In this document: piece by piece, positions 26,601-40,819 of the stretch | Position numbering within the stretch: position 1 is the first letter of the stretch | Layout of the letters: every line of letters begins with the position of its first letter | Assembly: GCA_030141605.1 (NCBI GenBank) | Contig: JAQGDQ010000003.1 | Coordinates: 2,790,001 to 2,854,000 of the forward strand | Direction of reading: 5' to 3' | Source of the DNA: Tubiluchus corallicola | Taxonomy: Eukaryota > Animalia > Priapulida | Length of the DNA: 64,000 nt | The notes under the pieces: model-generated | Databases searched by the model: none | What the model was told of the DNA's origin: nothing | The model's input: the letters and a program-made list of their open reading frames with translations, nothing else | Translations under genes and position numbers: made by a program

Positions 26601-27915
26601 TTCAACAGATACAGTAAACTTAAACTTAGTTTAACTTGTGTACAAGCAGGTAACATGATCATCACACGAAATTTTAGTACACAGTTGTGCAATTCAAGGT
26701 ACGACTTCACATGCACGTAATCCTTGATGCATATACAACAGTTTCTACTGTTAAAAATGTTTCCATACATAAGTAATGCATAATACCTATTCATTCAAAC
26801 ACGAATGCTGTCGTCTGAATATGCATCACACAGCAATATACAGTGGAGAAGCTGCTGTTGCCTAGGTGATTTATTCTGATGTGAATAGAAGTCTATACTA
26901 TTAGAATAGTATAAATTATAAATTTAATCGTCTATGATGTTGATTATTTAAATGTTTGAACTATTATACAATATGAACTAAATTAAAAACAATCATTGTC
27001 CTGTTTCACCTTGCTGACAACAATCTATTAATTATTTAATGGTCGTTTTCGTAAACAAAGAAAAGGAAGGAGTTTACAATTCCCCACACAATTTAGAAGC
27101 CCAAACCTAACTGTAACCCTAACCCTAATCCACTTCAAAAACTAATTTCTTGTGTGTAGGCAATTGTATACTTTAGCAAAAAATAAAAGTATCCTCCTTT
27201 GCGCTGAATTAATGAAATACAGAGTATTCATACTATTTTCTAAAGCAGCAACCAAAAATGGCACAAAAGCAGCTTGAGGATAGTTGATAGGCATAGCATT
27301 CATGAGCATGTGTAAACAGTTGATAAGCATCATGCATACACACACACACGTATGCTTGCTATTATAAAACCTTTTTTAATGATATCCCAATTTAGTGTTG
27401 TGTTTTAGCAGCAGTTCATTTCAACAGCAAATTTTGGGCTTTACGAACTAAACTCTTTTTTTTTCTTAACTGCTTGTAACTGGCTACAATAGTGATTTAA
27501 TGGTGATTAGCACAATAACCTATCATCATATTTTACTGGGAAAGCATTACATGATAAGTGGAAACTTTTTTGCATAAAATAACAGAATCTGACATTTTAG
27601 TATTATTGCATTTAAATACAATAACTGATTAAAAACTGTTACTGATTCTCATAAATTTAAGGCTAAGAAATGTAAGAAAGATATTTTACTCTAATACATA
27701 ATACCTCTATTTTCAGGATAATTTATTGTATGTATTGAATAAGAAACTTCTTTAAACAATTGTGACATATGATTCAATTCACAAGACTGCTGTCAAATTA
27801 ATCAGAAAATTTGCTCTAACAGTTGACTGGCAAGTACTTCAGTGCATGTTTACAGAATATGTATGCATGCATTAAATTAACCAAATCTGGATGAACAAAA
27901 CCTTAATGAGTACAC

Positions 27916-30900
27916 TCATATATCATATTTTTCCTGCACTTGAAGACGTTCTGTTAAGTAACGTTTTCGCTGATTATACGGTCCTCTACTACTGTACATG
28001 CTACCCTGACCAATTCTCCCCGTACCAAATGCGTTCCTAAAGCCTGTCATTGGTCGCTCAACAATCATCTGACACAACACTTCGTCCAGTTCCATTTTTG
28101 ACAAGTGATTACCTGTTTAAAAAGTTCTGAATTGAATGCTAACCTGAAAACCATTATGTTTATAAAACCAAAAGTGGCCCAAAAATTATGAGTCATCAAA
28201 AGAAAATCTGTATAAAAATGGTAGAAATATGCAACATACTAAAGCTAGACTCAAAGGGCTGGCTTTTATATCATGTTGAGCTTGAACAGCACATTTAGTA
28301 TTTAACCAACATCCTATAACAGATTCACTATTTGTCAAGTAACTAATACAGTTGGTTCAGTCTCACTAAAAAACCAGTAAAGTAAATTTCATATATCTAA
28401 TAATCAGTAAAATGAGTTTAGTAGGTATTTGTCAAATAACCAGTATACAGTAATCGCCGCTTAATAGACTCACTTTGGGACCGACGTGTTTTGACCCAAT
28501 TAACCGATAGGTGTAGTATTACTGCTATAAAAGTATGAGTCATCAGCTTGCTATGTACTGCAAAGGCTTTTAATCAATTTTAGAAACAGTAATGCCTAAA
28601 TTCCTTTGTGCAGTTAAAACTTAGAAAAAATATTTTAAAATATTAATTTATATAAGGGAATTAACAATAAATTAACTGTTAGACCTTTACACTTATGCTC
28701 CATTTTTCAAACTTCTTAACTCTATGCCCTTATTTGCTAAACGATGTTTACTCTTCTGTAAGTCACAAGTTACTGATGTAAGTCACAAGGAATACTGGCT
28801 GATTACTGTACCTGCATCTTTGACTATTAACTCATTAAGCCTGAAAGCGTGATTTGCAACTAGAGCATCAAAAGGAAACCGCTAGGCAAGTGATTAAATG
28901 TTTAGCTTCCAGAAATTCTTTGTGTAACGAGGTTAACTGCAGTGGGAGAGCGGGTAACAGACTCAAAGCAAAACCGCTACGCTACAAACCTGTTTACAAA
29001 CAAAACGGTACTTAACATAATTGTTTCTACACATATAATGCACAATAGGGAAGTAAAGATGACATAAAAGTAGGAAATTCTGTTTGGGCACATAGAAATG
29101 TCTCATTTTAAGTACGTGAAGGAAAAATATTGAGTCAATTAAGTGAAGCTATTTGAGTCAATTACCAATAGTTTTCATGTATATTTAAATGGAAGCGGCC
29201 CGTCCCAAGCGGTTTTGAGTCAATTAAGCGTGAGTCTATTAAGCGGCGACTACTGTAGTTGGTTCAAATTTTATTGACTCAGTATTTCTCAAATAACCAG
29301 TACAGCAGATTCAGCATTTGTTCAGTAACCAGTACAGTCCTTTACCAAAAGTCAGTAAATCAAGTTTAGTGTTCATCCAATAGTAAGCACAGTGGGTAAG
29401 TACTTGTCCAATAACTAATACAGTAGGTTCAGCATTTGCTAAATACCAAATGCATTTGGCTCAATATTGTCATCCAATAATTAGATGACAATGTTAAAGA
29501 CCAAAAATTGTTGTACAGGTGAATAGTTCTTATCAACCACAATTAGCCCCTTTCATACATGATGGCTTTGGTGTGACAGTATATTAAATAGTATCAGTGT
29601 GGGAGTTTGCCTAAGTTAAGTATTAAATGCAGAAATCTTGCATACTAAGGACGCTTTGTTAAACTCACAACCCTCAACAACTGCGGATCAACGTGAGCTG
29701 ACAAACTTTACTGGATGCTTACCTGCTTCCAGGTCACGAACAAGACGATCAAAATCATCTTTTTGTTGCTGATTTCCTAATCTGTCCAATGCATTTCTAA
29801 CCTTGATCAGCTGCAAATACATAAACAATTGTGAGATTTTGCGACTGTTGGCAGTCATTTGAAAAACAGAAAAATGACAGTTTTTGCAAAAACATATTAA
29901 AGTTACAGTGACATTGAAACACACAAACAGTGTTGATGTTTTTAATGAACCCTCCATATTATATGATCTGTTGTTTACCACCTGTCCACCTCTGCAGCAG
30001 ACTATAAGACCTAGTTAACGTTATAGTGAAACACAGTGTTAACGTAGAGCTGCCCATGCAAAATAATCCAAAGCTTAGGATGGCAACTCAACTGTGAAAA
30101 TCAGTAAAGCTTGGCTCATGTAAATGGAATTTTCTACGAGTTTCATCACTTATATTTATAACTTATTTTTTCATCAAACATAAAAAACAAGTATTTCTTG
30201 TAATGGTAATGTAGTAGTGGTAAATGTTAATTATATTTTGTGGTAACTATTTTTTGCAACACAGTGTATATTTTCTTAAATTACAAACTTCAAACATGGG
30301 TCTTCATCTTGATTTCTAGTGTCGTGAATTTTCTTTTAAAAGTTTTATATTAATGATGTACTACACGAAAAATAACAACTCGAGATTCCCTAGTCAGTGA
30401 CTGCATTTTTAGAACAGACATTGGTATCTTTCATGCCAAGTATGCAAGTTTATCATGCTCTCACAACGAATGGCATGCCCATAGTCAATATCAACATCTC
30501 TACTAACAATAATAACAGATAATGCTCTAACAAATACGAGGTAATTTAACAAGTTAATCAATATGCCAAACCGCTTATATAACCTACATAAAAACAAAAA
30601 TTAATATTCCTATACCAGTAGCCAAAACTGCCAAAAAAGTTGCACTTACTGTAGACTCAAAAACCTCTTCTTTTTTTACACTTAATTCTGGAGCATCTCT
30701 TTCCAACAAGTAACGAAGCATTGGAAAGACATCTTCGACACGATCCAAATCTGCAAGTGCCATCATCTTGAACAACAAAACAGATCAAATCTTGTCAAAC
30801 ATTATGTTGATAGTGTACTAAAATCATATTAGTGAGTATGAGGCACTGACTCAGAATATAATGGTGTCCTATTCAAAATAGTGAAAAACGGGTATTCCAT

Positions 30901-33900
30901 GGCCCTAAGAAATAGGTGCAACTTACCATCATGCATAAAACCACCTTTTTCAGACTTGATTAATCTTTTTACATAGTGGAAGGTTATTACTGTTGAATGT
31001 AGCTTCATATAATTATCCAATATTCCAATCATGACACAGCTACTGAACAGTGTAGCATACAATGCTATGAAATTCCAATCGTGTCATTACCAGATTCAGT
31101 GGTTAAACATTTGTTCAAGTGTCTGCCTAAATATCAGTACTACCCAAAGCAGATGTACTTGTTCATTCAATTAATGCAAAAAAAAATCATCAGAATCAAA
31201 ATATATTAAAAAACATCACTCTTCACAACAATTGACAGCTAATTAACTAAAGGACAAGGAAGACCAGGATTTGAACCTAAAACCTACTTCAACCTAGTAA
31301 CTTCATGTCGCATACTCTAACAAATGAGCTATCAGCCAAGTAGAGTAGAGTAAAGTAGAATAGGTCTGATATCTTATCCTAGGAGTATAGTCGGTCAGTC
31401 AGACCCACCTATATGATATTAGTGATATGTTAAAATGTCTGAATACATTCAACACAACATACACAATTGCACATTTTAACATAACAGGCAGTATAACATC
31501 ATTATAGCAAACACGGTTTGTTGTGTAAACACCAGTAATGAAAACTCTGTATTTATAAGCTTTTACTGCATACTTTGCCAGGCGTCCCTCAGCGGCTTAG
31601 CACCCAGCTGTTTTACCTATACACATACACTGGCAGAGCACTAATGAGATGTTTCATTGAGTGATGAATTCTATTGCAATTACTTAGCTGCAAAAACTTT
31701 TTATGCAAGGGACGTACAGAAATTTTGAGTGAACAAAATTGGCCGACTTTTTTGAATCTCATTGATTTTACTGAACACAACACGAACAAGTAAAATTACA
31801 GATGAACAAGTACATGCAACTTAATATGAAACGTTCGTCAATTTTTAATTTATTGAAGACATATTTCATTGAATTTTATTTTACTATAGTGTAAAGAAGT
31901 CGATACTTGACAGCATCTTCTAAAAGTACTTTTATATCCTCTATGAAGCCACACATTGTACATCATTTATACACTTTTATTATTAATACGTTTTTGACCA
32001 TCTAGGAGTCATACACATGATTAGCTCCGTATGCTTATAAAGTATACCTTTTTTGTACTTTTTTGTAGGTCCCTAGTAGGTTTGCTATAATGAAGTTGTA
32101 CTATACAACTGGGAAGATAGTAGGCTAATGCCATACGGTGTCTTTTAAAGTTATACAAAGTAAGTAATTTTTTCTAAGAACGAAACTACCCACCTTCAGA
32201 TTCCGTACAGTAATGTAGTTTTGATCTCTCATTGTAGATAAAATTGCAAGAGCAGCAGCTGGGACATTCTGCAAACAATAATTATATTATATAAGAGTAA
32301 TTTACAACATCAGGTGGTCTTTGTAAATGTAGTACATTGGAGATAGCTTTAAATTAGCATCACAACCCAGAAACCATATAACCACACATAGACTCGAAAT
32401 ATGACTTTCTCTTTTGATATTAAGTCTAGATATTGCTTATGGTAATTTTTACATAAGCTTTAAACCCTGTAATTGTATAACATTATCTTAGAAATTATAT
32501 TTCATTTCGTAAATTTTACTTTGCAAATATTTTGTTTTCTATATTTCATCAATTATAAAATTAAACGGTTTTGTTCAAGTTACACTTTTATATTTTGGTT
32601 GTTTGTGTTGATCTAAAAGCTTGTGCTGAGCTTATGGAGATCTTAAAGCTTTACAGTCAACAGCACTGAAGATAAGTCCCCCTGCCATTGAAACTTGACT
32701 TTAACATTAACATACATGCTGCATGAAATTTTAACTATTTGAACTATATTTAACTATTTTAGCCAAAATTTTGCACAATACTTGCAGGGACAGATTTAAG
32801 TCTACCACAGCACCTTTTTGACTTGCTGGTAACAACATTTAATAAGTTGCTGACACACTTTTGATACTTCACAATGCAAAATCCAGTGTGATTTTCTTGA
32901 CAAGTTCAGTATTGTCCAGCCTGAATCAAATGGTGATGGTAAAATTTAGTGCAGGGATCAATCCCTGGTCCCATCATTTCTGTTTGATGTGCAATCCATT
33001 CAGTGTGTCCCAACATTGAAACCAATGACACTCTTTTCCTTGTGGAAAAATCTTTACATGCTTCGTCAACTGTCACAGTCATGCGTGTGTAGGCTTTGTC
33101 ACAGAAGAGTGTTGCAAAAGATTCAAGCATATATATGAGGTAAGTCAGCTGCTTAGCTCTAGGTGTAATGCTTAGAGACACCAAATTCTTCTGTTACCTC
33201 TTTAAACACTTACCACATAGACCACGCTATCTTTTTCCTCTCCTGACAAAATCTGAAATCTGGTCACAACCAGTAAGAACTGAAAGAACTGAAGTTTCTC
33301 AGGGCCTACAACATTTGCAATATTATGAAAAGTTTCGTACCTAAGGTATCAGCCTATTCCAGACATTAAGCAGAGTGTAGCAATGTACCCAATGCATTAC
33401 CCAACCCAAGTGCAGTTTTTATTCAAGGAACCATACCAGTGGTCACACATAGCCTTGCTACATTGCGACAGTACGTGCGTGTTAGTTGACAAAATTGTTC
33501 ATAGTTCTTAAAAGATATCCCTTATGAGCTGGCAACAGCCATCTTTTCGACCATCTTGAATGCTATGGCCATATTAAATAATTTTCGATTGGCTCTATCA
33601 ACCGGATGGGTTTTAGCATTGTTCAAAGTTCCATGCTTTTAAGGCAAAATGAGCAATACTGCCAATTTTTGTGCCATTTGCAGTCATCACAGCAGCCATC
33701 TTGAAATAGGGTGATACTATTGGGGCATTTAGTCATCAGATATGGATTCCTTGACCTTAGCCTATATTTAGACACCAAAATCATAGTCTTGTCTGCTCTG
33801 ATGAAAGATATATCCTTACAGGCTAGCAACACTATACTGACGGCCATATTTGATGAATTTTAATGGGCTTAATAACCAAAATTAATCACTTTAATTGTTC

Positions 33901-36900
33901 TAGCACTGTGCAAAGTTTCATGCTCTTGAGTCAAAATGATAATTTTTGTCACCATTCTGTTACTCTAAATACGGACTCATTTTAGTCAAATGGCAGATAC
34001 CCTTTTTTGAGATCATAATTAGGCCCTTCGTGATACTCCAATTTCGGCCTACTTCTGACATGTTATTCTCTTGACCAAACACTACAAGACAACACCAGAA
34101 ACCTTAATCTAGCAATTTTTATGGTTGGACAATTTATTCCATTATATTGACTTTACTATTAAGAAAGTTAGTTATTCAGGTTTCAGAACTGAAAAAATAC
34201 GGAAGAATTTTAGCTACAATTACAATTTATTACAATTTTTTTATAAGAGTAAAGTAGATTAAGATCATATCTAATTTAGCTAGCATTTGCTCATTCTCTT
34301 AGCAGCTGGTTAATTTAATGTCCTGAATTACAGTAACCCTTTTATTTATACAATAAAGTAACCATATCAGGTGGCTCAAAAAATGCACCAAATTTTGATT
34401 ATGATATTAAAAAAAATAATGGAATTTCCTGAAAATCTAAAGTATCTGGGGAATACCAGATATGGTAGTCCAGAGGATTAAGTCACATTTTTTAACAATA
34501 AATATTTATCAACATTTATCAGTATATTTTTCTGTGAGTAAGACATGACGTAAACTGGTTATTTTCATTATTGTTTTACTGTCATGTATATTTATTGAGT
34601 TTTTTATACGTCAACGTGACCGTTTATCAAATTGATGATGATCTGACATTGTTCTGCAATTCAATTTTTAAACTTGCAACAGTTAATTGGGCAGTAATCT
34701 AAAAATGATTAAGGCTAAAAAGTTGTAACTTTTATAGCTAAAATTTAATGTGCTATAATACTACACTATTTTTGTAATCTAAACATTTGAGTATTTTTCT
34801 GCGGCGCTTGATATAACCCTTGAACATTAATAAGTTACTGCAATGAAAAGACTGTACTCAAGCTCGACAACTAAACTTAATTAATAGCGGATCTAGAAGG
34901 GAAGTCCAAGGGGGCAAGAAATTTAGCATTTTCACAAACAGTTTTATTGCTCCAGCATCATATTATAGTAATTTTGCACCAGCAAGATTTGTGAGAGTTT
35001 TTCTGATACACATTTTCACAGGTGCCTTGCATTGCTGCGGTAAAATCGTAACGTGAAAATCGCTCGTCAAAGCGAGTTTTAAAGATTGGAAATTTGGCTT
35101 AATATTGAGATCCTGGACACCTTCGCGAAATCAGGAATCTTGAGCACTTTTTGGCCCCTGGCAGTTCATTACTCTCTCTGTAACAAGAGAGTACAACACT
35201 AACATCCATATAGTGTGCCAGCATGCCACACTGACTGCCTTGCTTGCTCGGGGTCGGAGACTGCTATAAAGAAATGGTTCAAGATCCTGCCCACGCAAGA
35301 GATTTCATAACAGCCATCAGTGTGCCTGTTTCCTACTATAATTAGTCACATTGATTTATCGTAGACATTTATAGTTTTTCAGTAGTCAGAAAATACGATA
35401 AAAATGACATGTTTAACGGATATACACTTTGTTGTAAGCTGTGCTTCTAAATCATTTTATATTTAGTTATATTGGTTCGAGTTCTTAATAAAAGTAACGT
35501 GAAGTGACATCTAATATATCACAAGAAAGTTAATGACAGCACTTGATATTGCAGAGAACAACAAAGAGATTATAATAAGGCAAGAAAAATGGCAATAGAG
35601 TGCAAGAATTTTTAAATCATTTACTCTTATTTGTGACATTACATAACTACACACTCAAACACAAATAACCAAAAAAATTAGTTATCATTTCTAAAATTTA
35701 ATCTACAAGTGTGCTTCAGAAGTCTGGAAAATGGCTAAAATACAGCACTCCCCCAGAACACCTAGCTAAATTGGCAGCTTCCCAGGCTCCACACCCACCT
35801 TTCTACTTGGTCATATCTAGACCCCTCCCATTCAAAAACATGGATCCACCCTGCTTAATTAAGTAAATGGAGATATTGGGCAAACCCGATTCTTCAATGA
35901 ATTAGCCCCGATGACTAAATTGACCAACTGCTAGAGCCTAAACTTTAAGTTAGTTAGAGATTATAGCAAAAACAAATGATTTTCATCTCAAAGGGCATCT
36001 GAAGTTACTAGTTTTCAATGGCAATTATTGAAGTGTACCCAAAACTGATTATTGTAATAAAGTGTGTGGAACTTCCTAAGGATTAAAACTGGGAATACAT
36101 TCTTGATTACCTTAGATGCCCTTTGACATTCTAAATCTCAATTAACTTCACCTGATTAAGTGCTAATGCAACCAGAAATCCAATACATTTACGTGTTAGA
36201 GGTCTTCCAGCAACCTTTGACTCTTCAGCTATCTTCATTGCATGTTGATAACTTTCTGGAGTGTTCTGCAACAGTGCAAGCAGATTTGTGCAAACTGAAA
36301 ATACTTTTGTAGGTACTATATTCTACAATGTTACATGTCACGGATCAGTTTGGAAAGAACCAGCAAGCTATTTTATAAAAAATGCACACACTCATAGAAA
36401 TGGAACAAAAGTAAGAAAAATTATTTTTTATTTACTGACCGTACTCGACTGTGTACTGCACATGCATACTATTGTAGCTAAATTCAACTACACAAAAAGT
36501 TGTTTTTCTTACAAAATTGTGAAGAATACTAAATAATAAGCCACTTGGTCGCCCGTATTTTATTTTTCCTTAATATGGTATCACTTTAAAATATCATCCT
36601 GACATTGCATTTAGTGCGCTTTGTAGAAATAAAACTTAGAGTTGTTTACAGCAATGTGCTAGGTGACTGAAATTAAGAATGGTGTGCGAGAAGGTCAGTT
36701 CATGGATGGGAAAACAGCTTCGACTCTCGATCTAGACTGTTTCGTTCGCAATGCAGTCCGGCAGTTTTACTCGCACTTACATCCGAACGTGGCTAAGAAA
36801 TCTCTCCCAGTTCAGTGGCTTATGTTAGAAGCACAGTGTTGAAAACAGAACAGGTTCCAGCCTCGATAAAAATATCTAATTTGAATAGGACCTGCAACTG

Positions 36901-39273
36901 GATGTTGTCTTTTGGCTTGCATAACCAAACATCTTGTTTAAAGAAGTAAATAAATCATCTAGATGAACTTTGCTTTTAAAAACAACAAATAACTAACCAG
37001 CTGGTAGCAAGCAGCCATCACAAGGTTAAGACAATCTCGGGGAAATTTCCCAGCTTCCAGGTTGCGTTCCTGCATTATCTGAAGTGCCTCAAGCACCTCC
37101 TGGTAAAGTTTATTCTTATATAACAAATCCATCAATATGACATACGTTGTAACCTGGTCAAAGAAACCTTGGAGTTCCTGAAAACAAGTATAAAGCAAGT
37201 TTTGGCGACTATGGCAAACAAAAAATGATTTGTTTCTGTTTCATTTTGCAAAGACGTGCGTCTTCAGTGCTTATTAAAAACAGTAACATGTGAAAAAAAA
37301 AATTTGCAGAATATTTAGCCAGTGGCAATGATAGCGGGCAATACTGTTTTATGTTTTCGGTTTTCATATTTAGTTTAGTTTATTTTTTTCCACTTTCACT
37401 GTTGCCATCAATGCTGCTTTTGCTAAGTACACTATCACTTAAAATTATTAGACAAGTTAAATACACAAAATTTTCTTCTTTTAATGCCATCTTATTTAAC
37501 ATTTGTTTTGTGTTATTGTAATTGCATTGGTAAAAAGCTCAGTTACTTGTGTGTTGCAGATTTTTTGTACCCAGAGCACCTAAAACAAAAAACAATTAAG
37601 TTGTCACTACAGAATATTAATCACAAGTGACAAATTCCACATGTGCATTTAAAATTTTCATTTTGCAATGTAAAAGATTGTTACTGTATCACAAGTATTC
37701 AAAAATGCCGGGCATTTACAAAGACGATGAGAACAAAAAAACTGGCCTGTTGGTTTATAGATCTACTAGATAAAGAATAACTTGCATACCTCAGATTTAA
37801 CTGCTTCTAGCGCCTCTACTGGTCGGTCCAGATAGTAATACATTCTCATTACTACAGGTCCAAATCTAAATGAGCCAAATCTCATGAATTCGTTTTGTAT
37901 ATTAAACCTGCAACACAAAATGTTAGAAACGTACATTACATTGAATTTACAAGTTAGTGCAATACATAAATGTTATCACCGAAATATCCATTCACTACAA
38001 GCAGTTATTTGATTTTGTTTGCAATCAATAAGAAGGTTGAGACAATCACAGGAAAATTTCCCATTTCAGTGATGAATTAAATACTTTATAATCTGTTTAA
38101 ATAACTTACTGTTTCATCATTTGAACAGTTAACTTTAGATCTTCGTCAGAATCTGCTAGATACACCATGTGCTTCAAATCATCAGTAAATATCATGTTCT
38201 TTTCTGGTTGTTCAAGATACTGCTTCATCCTTTCGAGAAATCGTTCTAAAAACATAACATGATTAGAATTTTACTACTTATGAGATATTTATAAGTGTCT
38301 TTGGAGAACCTTAGATTCGTTTAATAAGATTCAGGGTTTGTTTTGCAAATCTAATTTTTACTTGTCCTTTACCATATTGCTAACAGTTATCAAAATAAAA
38401 CATAAAACTGCTTAATTCTGTTTTCACCTTTGACTTTTCCCATCTGTTCTTGTGTTTGAAGTCGCTGTCGCTTGTAACCATCCAAACCAAGATAAGCTTC
38501 TCCATATATAGTACGACCTATAGGTAAAACTTAGTACAAATAACACCACTGATAAGCTAAGCTTTAACAAGCCAAGCTGTTTGGAAAAGCTGAACTTACA
38601 TATTATTTCAATGCTTCAACGAAAATAAAAAAAGAAAAACAGTAACAAATTTCAAATCAAAAATACTGAACTTGGATAAGGCCACTGATGCAAAAGCAAT
38701 GGCAGTAACCGATATTTGTCGTTATCTAAAATATAATTCTGTCAGTTATGTCGAGCAAGGCACACATTGCCTTATGCTAAAGGTTAATTAATACTTTTGA
38801 CGATTATTAATATGTGCATATAATAAAAGTCAGAAAAAACAGTAGAAGTTATTTTACGCTTATCTTAGTTGCAAAAATTTAACTTGTAAATAATAAGTGA
38901 AGCCCAATCAAAAATACTTGCTGACAATTCCTGACATTACCACAACGACGACAAAACTGCAAAACCGATACACATTACGCAGGCTACCTTCCTTAATTAG
39001 GACACAGCAACTTTGGCCTACAGTGCAATGAAATAACTAATACAGTATACCGTGTATTATTTGGCAAGTTGGTTCCGTGCTATAACTTTGAACAGACAGA
39101 GAATTTTCATTTAATTTTGAAAAAAAATAGTAATTATATAATAAGGGTCAATAAAATTACTGATAAAGCTTACAATAACAAGGAACAAGGTATGGTAAAA
39201 AGGCTTTAGCAAGATTATATTCAGTAGGATTCAAGACAGATCGCTTGATCATGTGCTTCAAGAACGCCGCCAT
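27916..39273 (-). CDS. PTCD2: Pentatricopeptide repeat domain-containing protein 2, mitochondrial; 404 aa, 10 exons
   Basis: Exons 39273-39174, 38517-38428, 38245-38110, 37907-37790, 37177-36998, 36265-36152, 32268-32194, 30766-30650, 29810-29723, 28112-27916 (GT-AG, phase-consistent, 1215 nt). Motifs FGSFRFGPVVMR, LQGFFDQVTTYVILMDLLY, AACYQLNTPESY, VALALNQN and LDEVLC parallel human PTCD2 (EYKFGPLFVR, LRGFFSDSTSFNILMDMLF, CYKLNSPESF, VALALNQN, LDAVLC). Exon 1 is the least certain. Confidence 0.9.
28275..29480. repeat. Degenerate ~30-bp tandem repeat array split by MITE copy 2
   Basis: AGTATTTGTCAAATAACCAGTACAGTWGGTTC-like units recur on both sides of 28448-29255. Confidence 0.6.
28448..29255. 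mobile_element. pogo/Tigger-like MITE, copy 2 (inverted relative to 15457-16402)
   Basis: TA|CAGTAATCGCCGCTTAATAGACTCAC ... GTGAGTCTATTAAGCGGCGACTACTG|TA. The internal sequence is the reverse complement of copy 1 (e.g. GGCAAGTGATTAAATGTTTAGCTTCCAGAAA). Confidence 0.92.
31260..31337 (-). mobile_element. tRNA-derived SINE head or tRNA pseudogene
   Basis: The minus strand reads GGCTGATAGCTCATTTGTTAGAG (A-box-like) ... GGTTCAAATCCTGGTC (B-box). The anticodon arm and acceptor stem are not intact. Confidence 0.6.
32760..33967 (-). mobile_element. Internally deleted Academ (AcademX-type) DNA transposon remnant
   Basis: Minus-strand translation across stops and frameshifts gives GIG*YLRYETFHNIANVVGPEK..LTGCDQISDFVRRGK.IAWSMW (XPG/PIN-like), LESFATLFCD..VDEACKDF and EVSKVCQQLIKCC (Cys-rich C-terminus). 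The terminus TAGAGTAACAG...AAGAGCATGAAACTTTGCACAGT lies at 33967, with GCCATCTTG subterminal motifs. Confidence 0.7.
34886..35853. mobile_element. Probable non-autonomous hAT-like element
   Basis: Degenerate ends TAGCGGATCTAG... and ...ATGGATCCACCCTG resemble CAGGGGCGGATCCA-type TIRs. Internal ACAGCACTCCCCCAGAACACCTAGCT motif. No TSD confirmed. Confidence 0.4.
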
Positions 39274-40819
39274 TTCTGTATTTTTGAGCACATTGTTAAG
39301 ATCACAATGTACTGGTGCACCGAATATGTTTTACACCTACGCCCACTTCAGGATAGTATAGTCAATGAGCGCTATCCCCTCTAATAAAAAATGTGAAAAA
39401 AAATGCAACCACCAAATGAAAAATTTCAGTCTGTAGATACATCACTAAGACGTAACAATATGCAATACAAGGGTTAATCATAACAACTGCAACTTTAAAG
39501 TCGTGCTTAAATACAAGCATAGAAATAAATACTTTCACTAGCAGTTACACACGTTTTTACAAAATACAAAATGTATAAAGTTACTTAACTCCGGTGTCAC
39601 CATAGTGTCCAGTAATTGGCCTAACTTGAGCTGTTTTCTGTTCTTCAGTGGTTGGCTTATGTATAACTAAGCAAAAAGAGCCCCATGCTGATAGCAAAAG
39701 AATATTCTAGCTCTTACCTTCAGAATGAGCAACAGAGAGTCCACACCTAGTTACTAACTCATCAACAACGACCATCAGCGACCCACTGTCTCTGTCGTCC
39801 CTCCTTTATGAAGATCTCTTGCTCACTTGTGGCTTACTACACCTGATAGCCTGACCATCTGAGCACTTTGACTTCATGCCCTTATCGTTTTTCTCTGCAC
39901 ATCCCTGGTTACAAAGACATCAAGTGCATACTCCACATGACCGAGCTCTAACGACTAACTAATATTCAGCAAAGAAACATAAACCTCCATTGTTTTTCCT
40001 CGGCCACTCGTTTGACCATGTACCAGCCTATATCATTTGCTTGTAGACCTTTGTAAATGATTTTTAAAATGATTTCAACCCAATAGCGAGTGTCAGTTCC
40101 TAGGTTGGAAGGTCAAGTTAAAATAGGCCAAACATCTTATAGCAAAATACAGAGTTCATACTAGAGTTCAAATTAACTTATGATTACTATGATTGCTATT
40201 TCTCATATTCTCATATTACCAGAGTTATCAGAGATGTTCCCATAGGTTTAATAAAAACGTGGGAGAAGATCAGTGAGTTATAGTTTGATTTAACGAATGA
40301 CCCTTTCTGAATGACCCTTTCTAATGATTATTCATTATTATTCATTTACCGGATCATCACTGATTTTGAAACTAAAGGATAAGAAATCTAACGGAAACTT
40401 AATTGCAAGATAGTAGGCATTACACATGGAAATTCTAAAGTCAAATAAATGTGCAGTAAATGCATATCAATCAATCTAACCAAATAACAACGAAATTTAA
40501 TACCTTTGTTCTGCCATATACAGGTCCAAGTCGCATGCTTATCCTCGCATTATTAATTACACACCACAACTGAACTTTCACGATTTTCCTCTGTTCTATC
40601 ATCGCCTACCATTGTCCGGTATAAAAACTGATTTTGCAATGATTATCATTCCCCCCTTTATAGTTATCTTTTCTTTCCTTTCAAAAGCAACAGTATCATT
40701 CAAATTCTACCACACCAGACTCCTTCTTCAAAAGTAGAGATATTGTTGAGAAATTATTGTATAGGATCAGTGGTAATGTAAAATTTAATATTACGTTTAA
40801 TATAATATATAATATTAAT

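Noticed and set aside
27100-27131. Interstitial telomeric repeat (CCCTAA)
   Set aside because: Only about 2-4 degenerate units. Such short tracts are common in Helitron/Helentron-derived repeats and are too weak to call.
31260-31337. Functional tRNA gene
   Set aside because: A and B boxes are present, but no clean acceptor stem or anticodon arm can be drawn. Treated as a SINE head or pseudogene.
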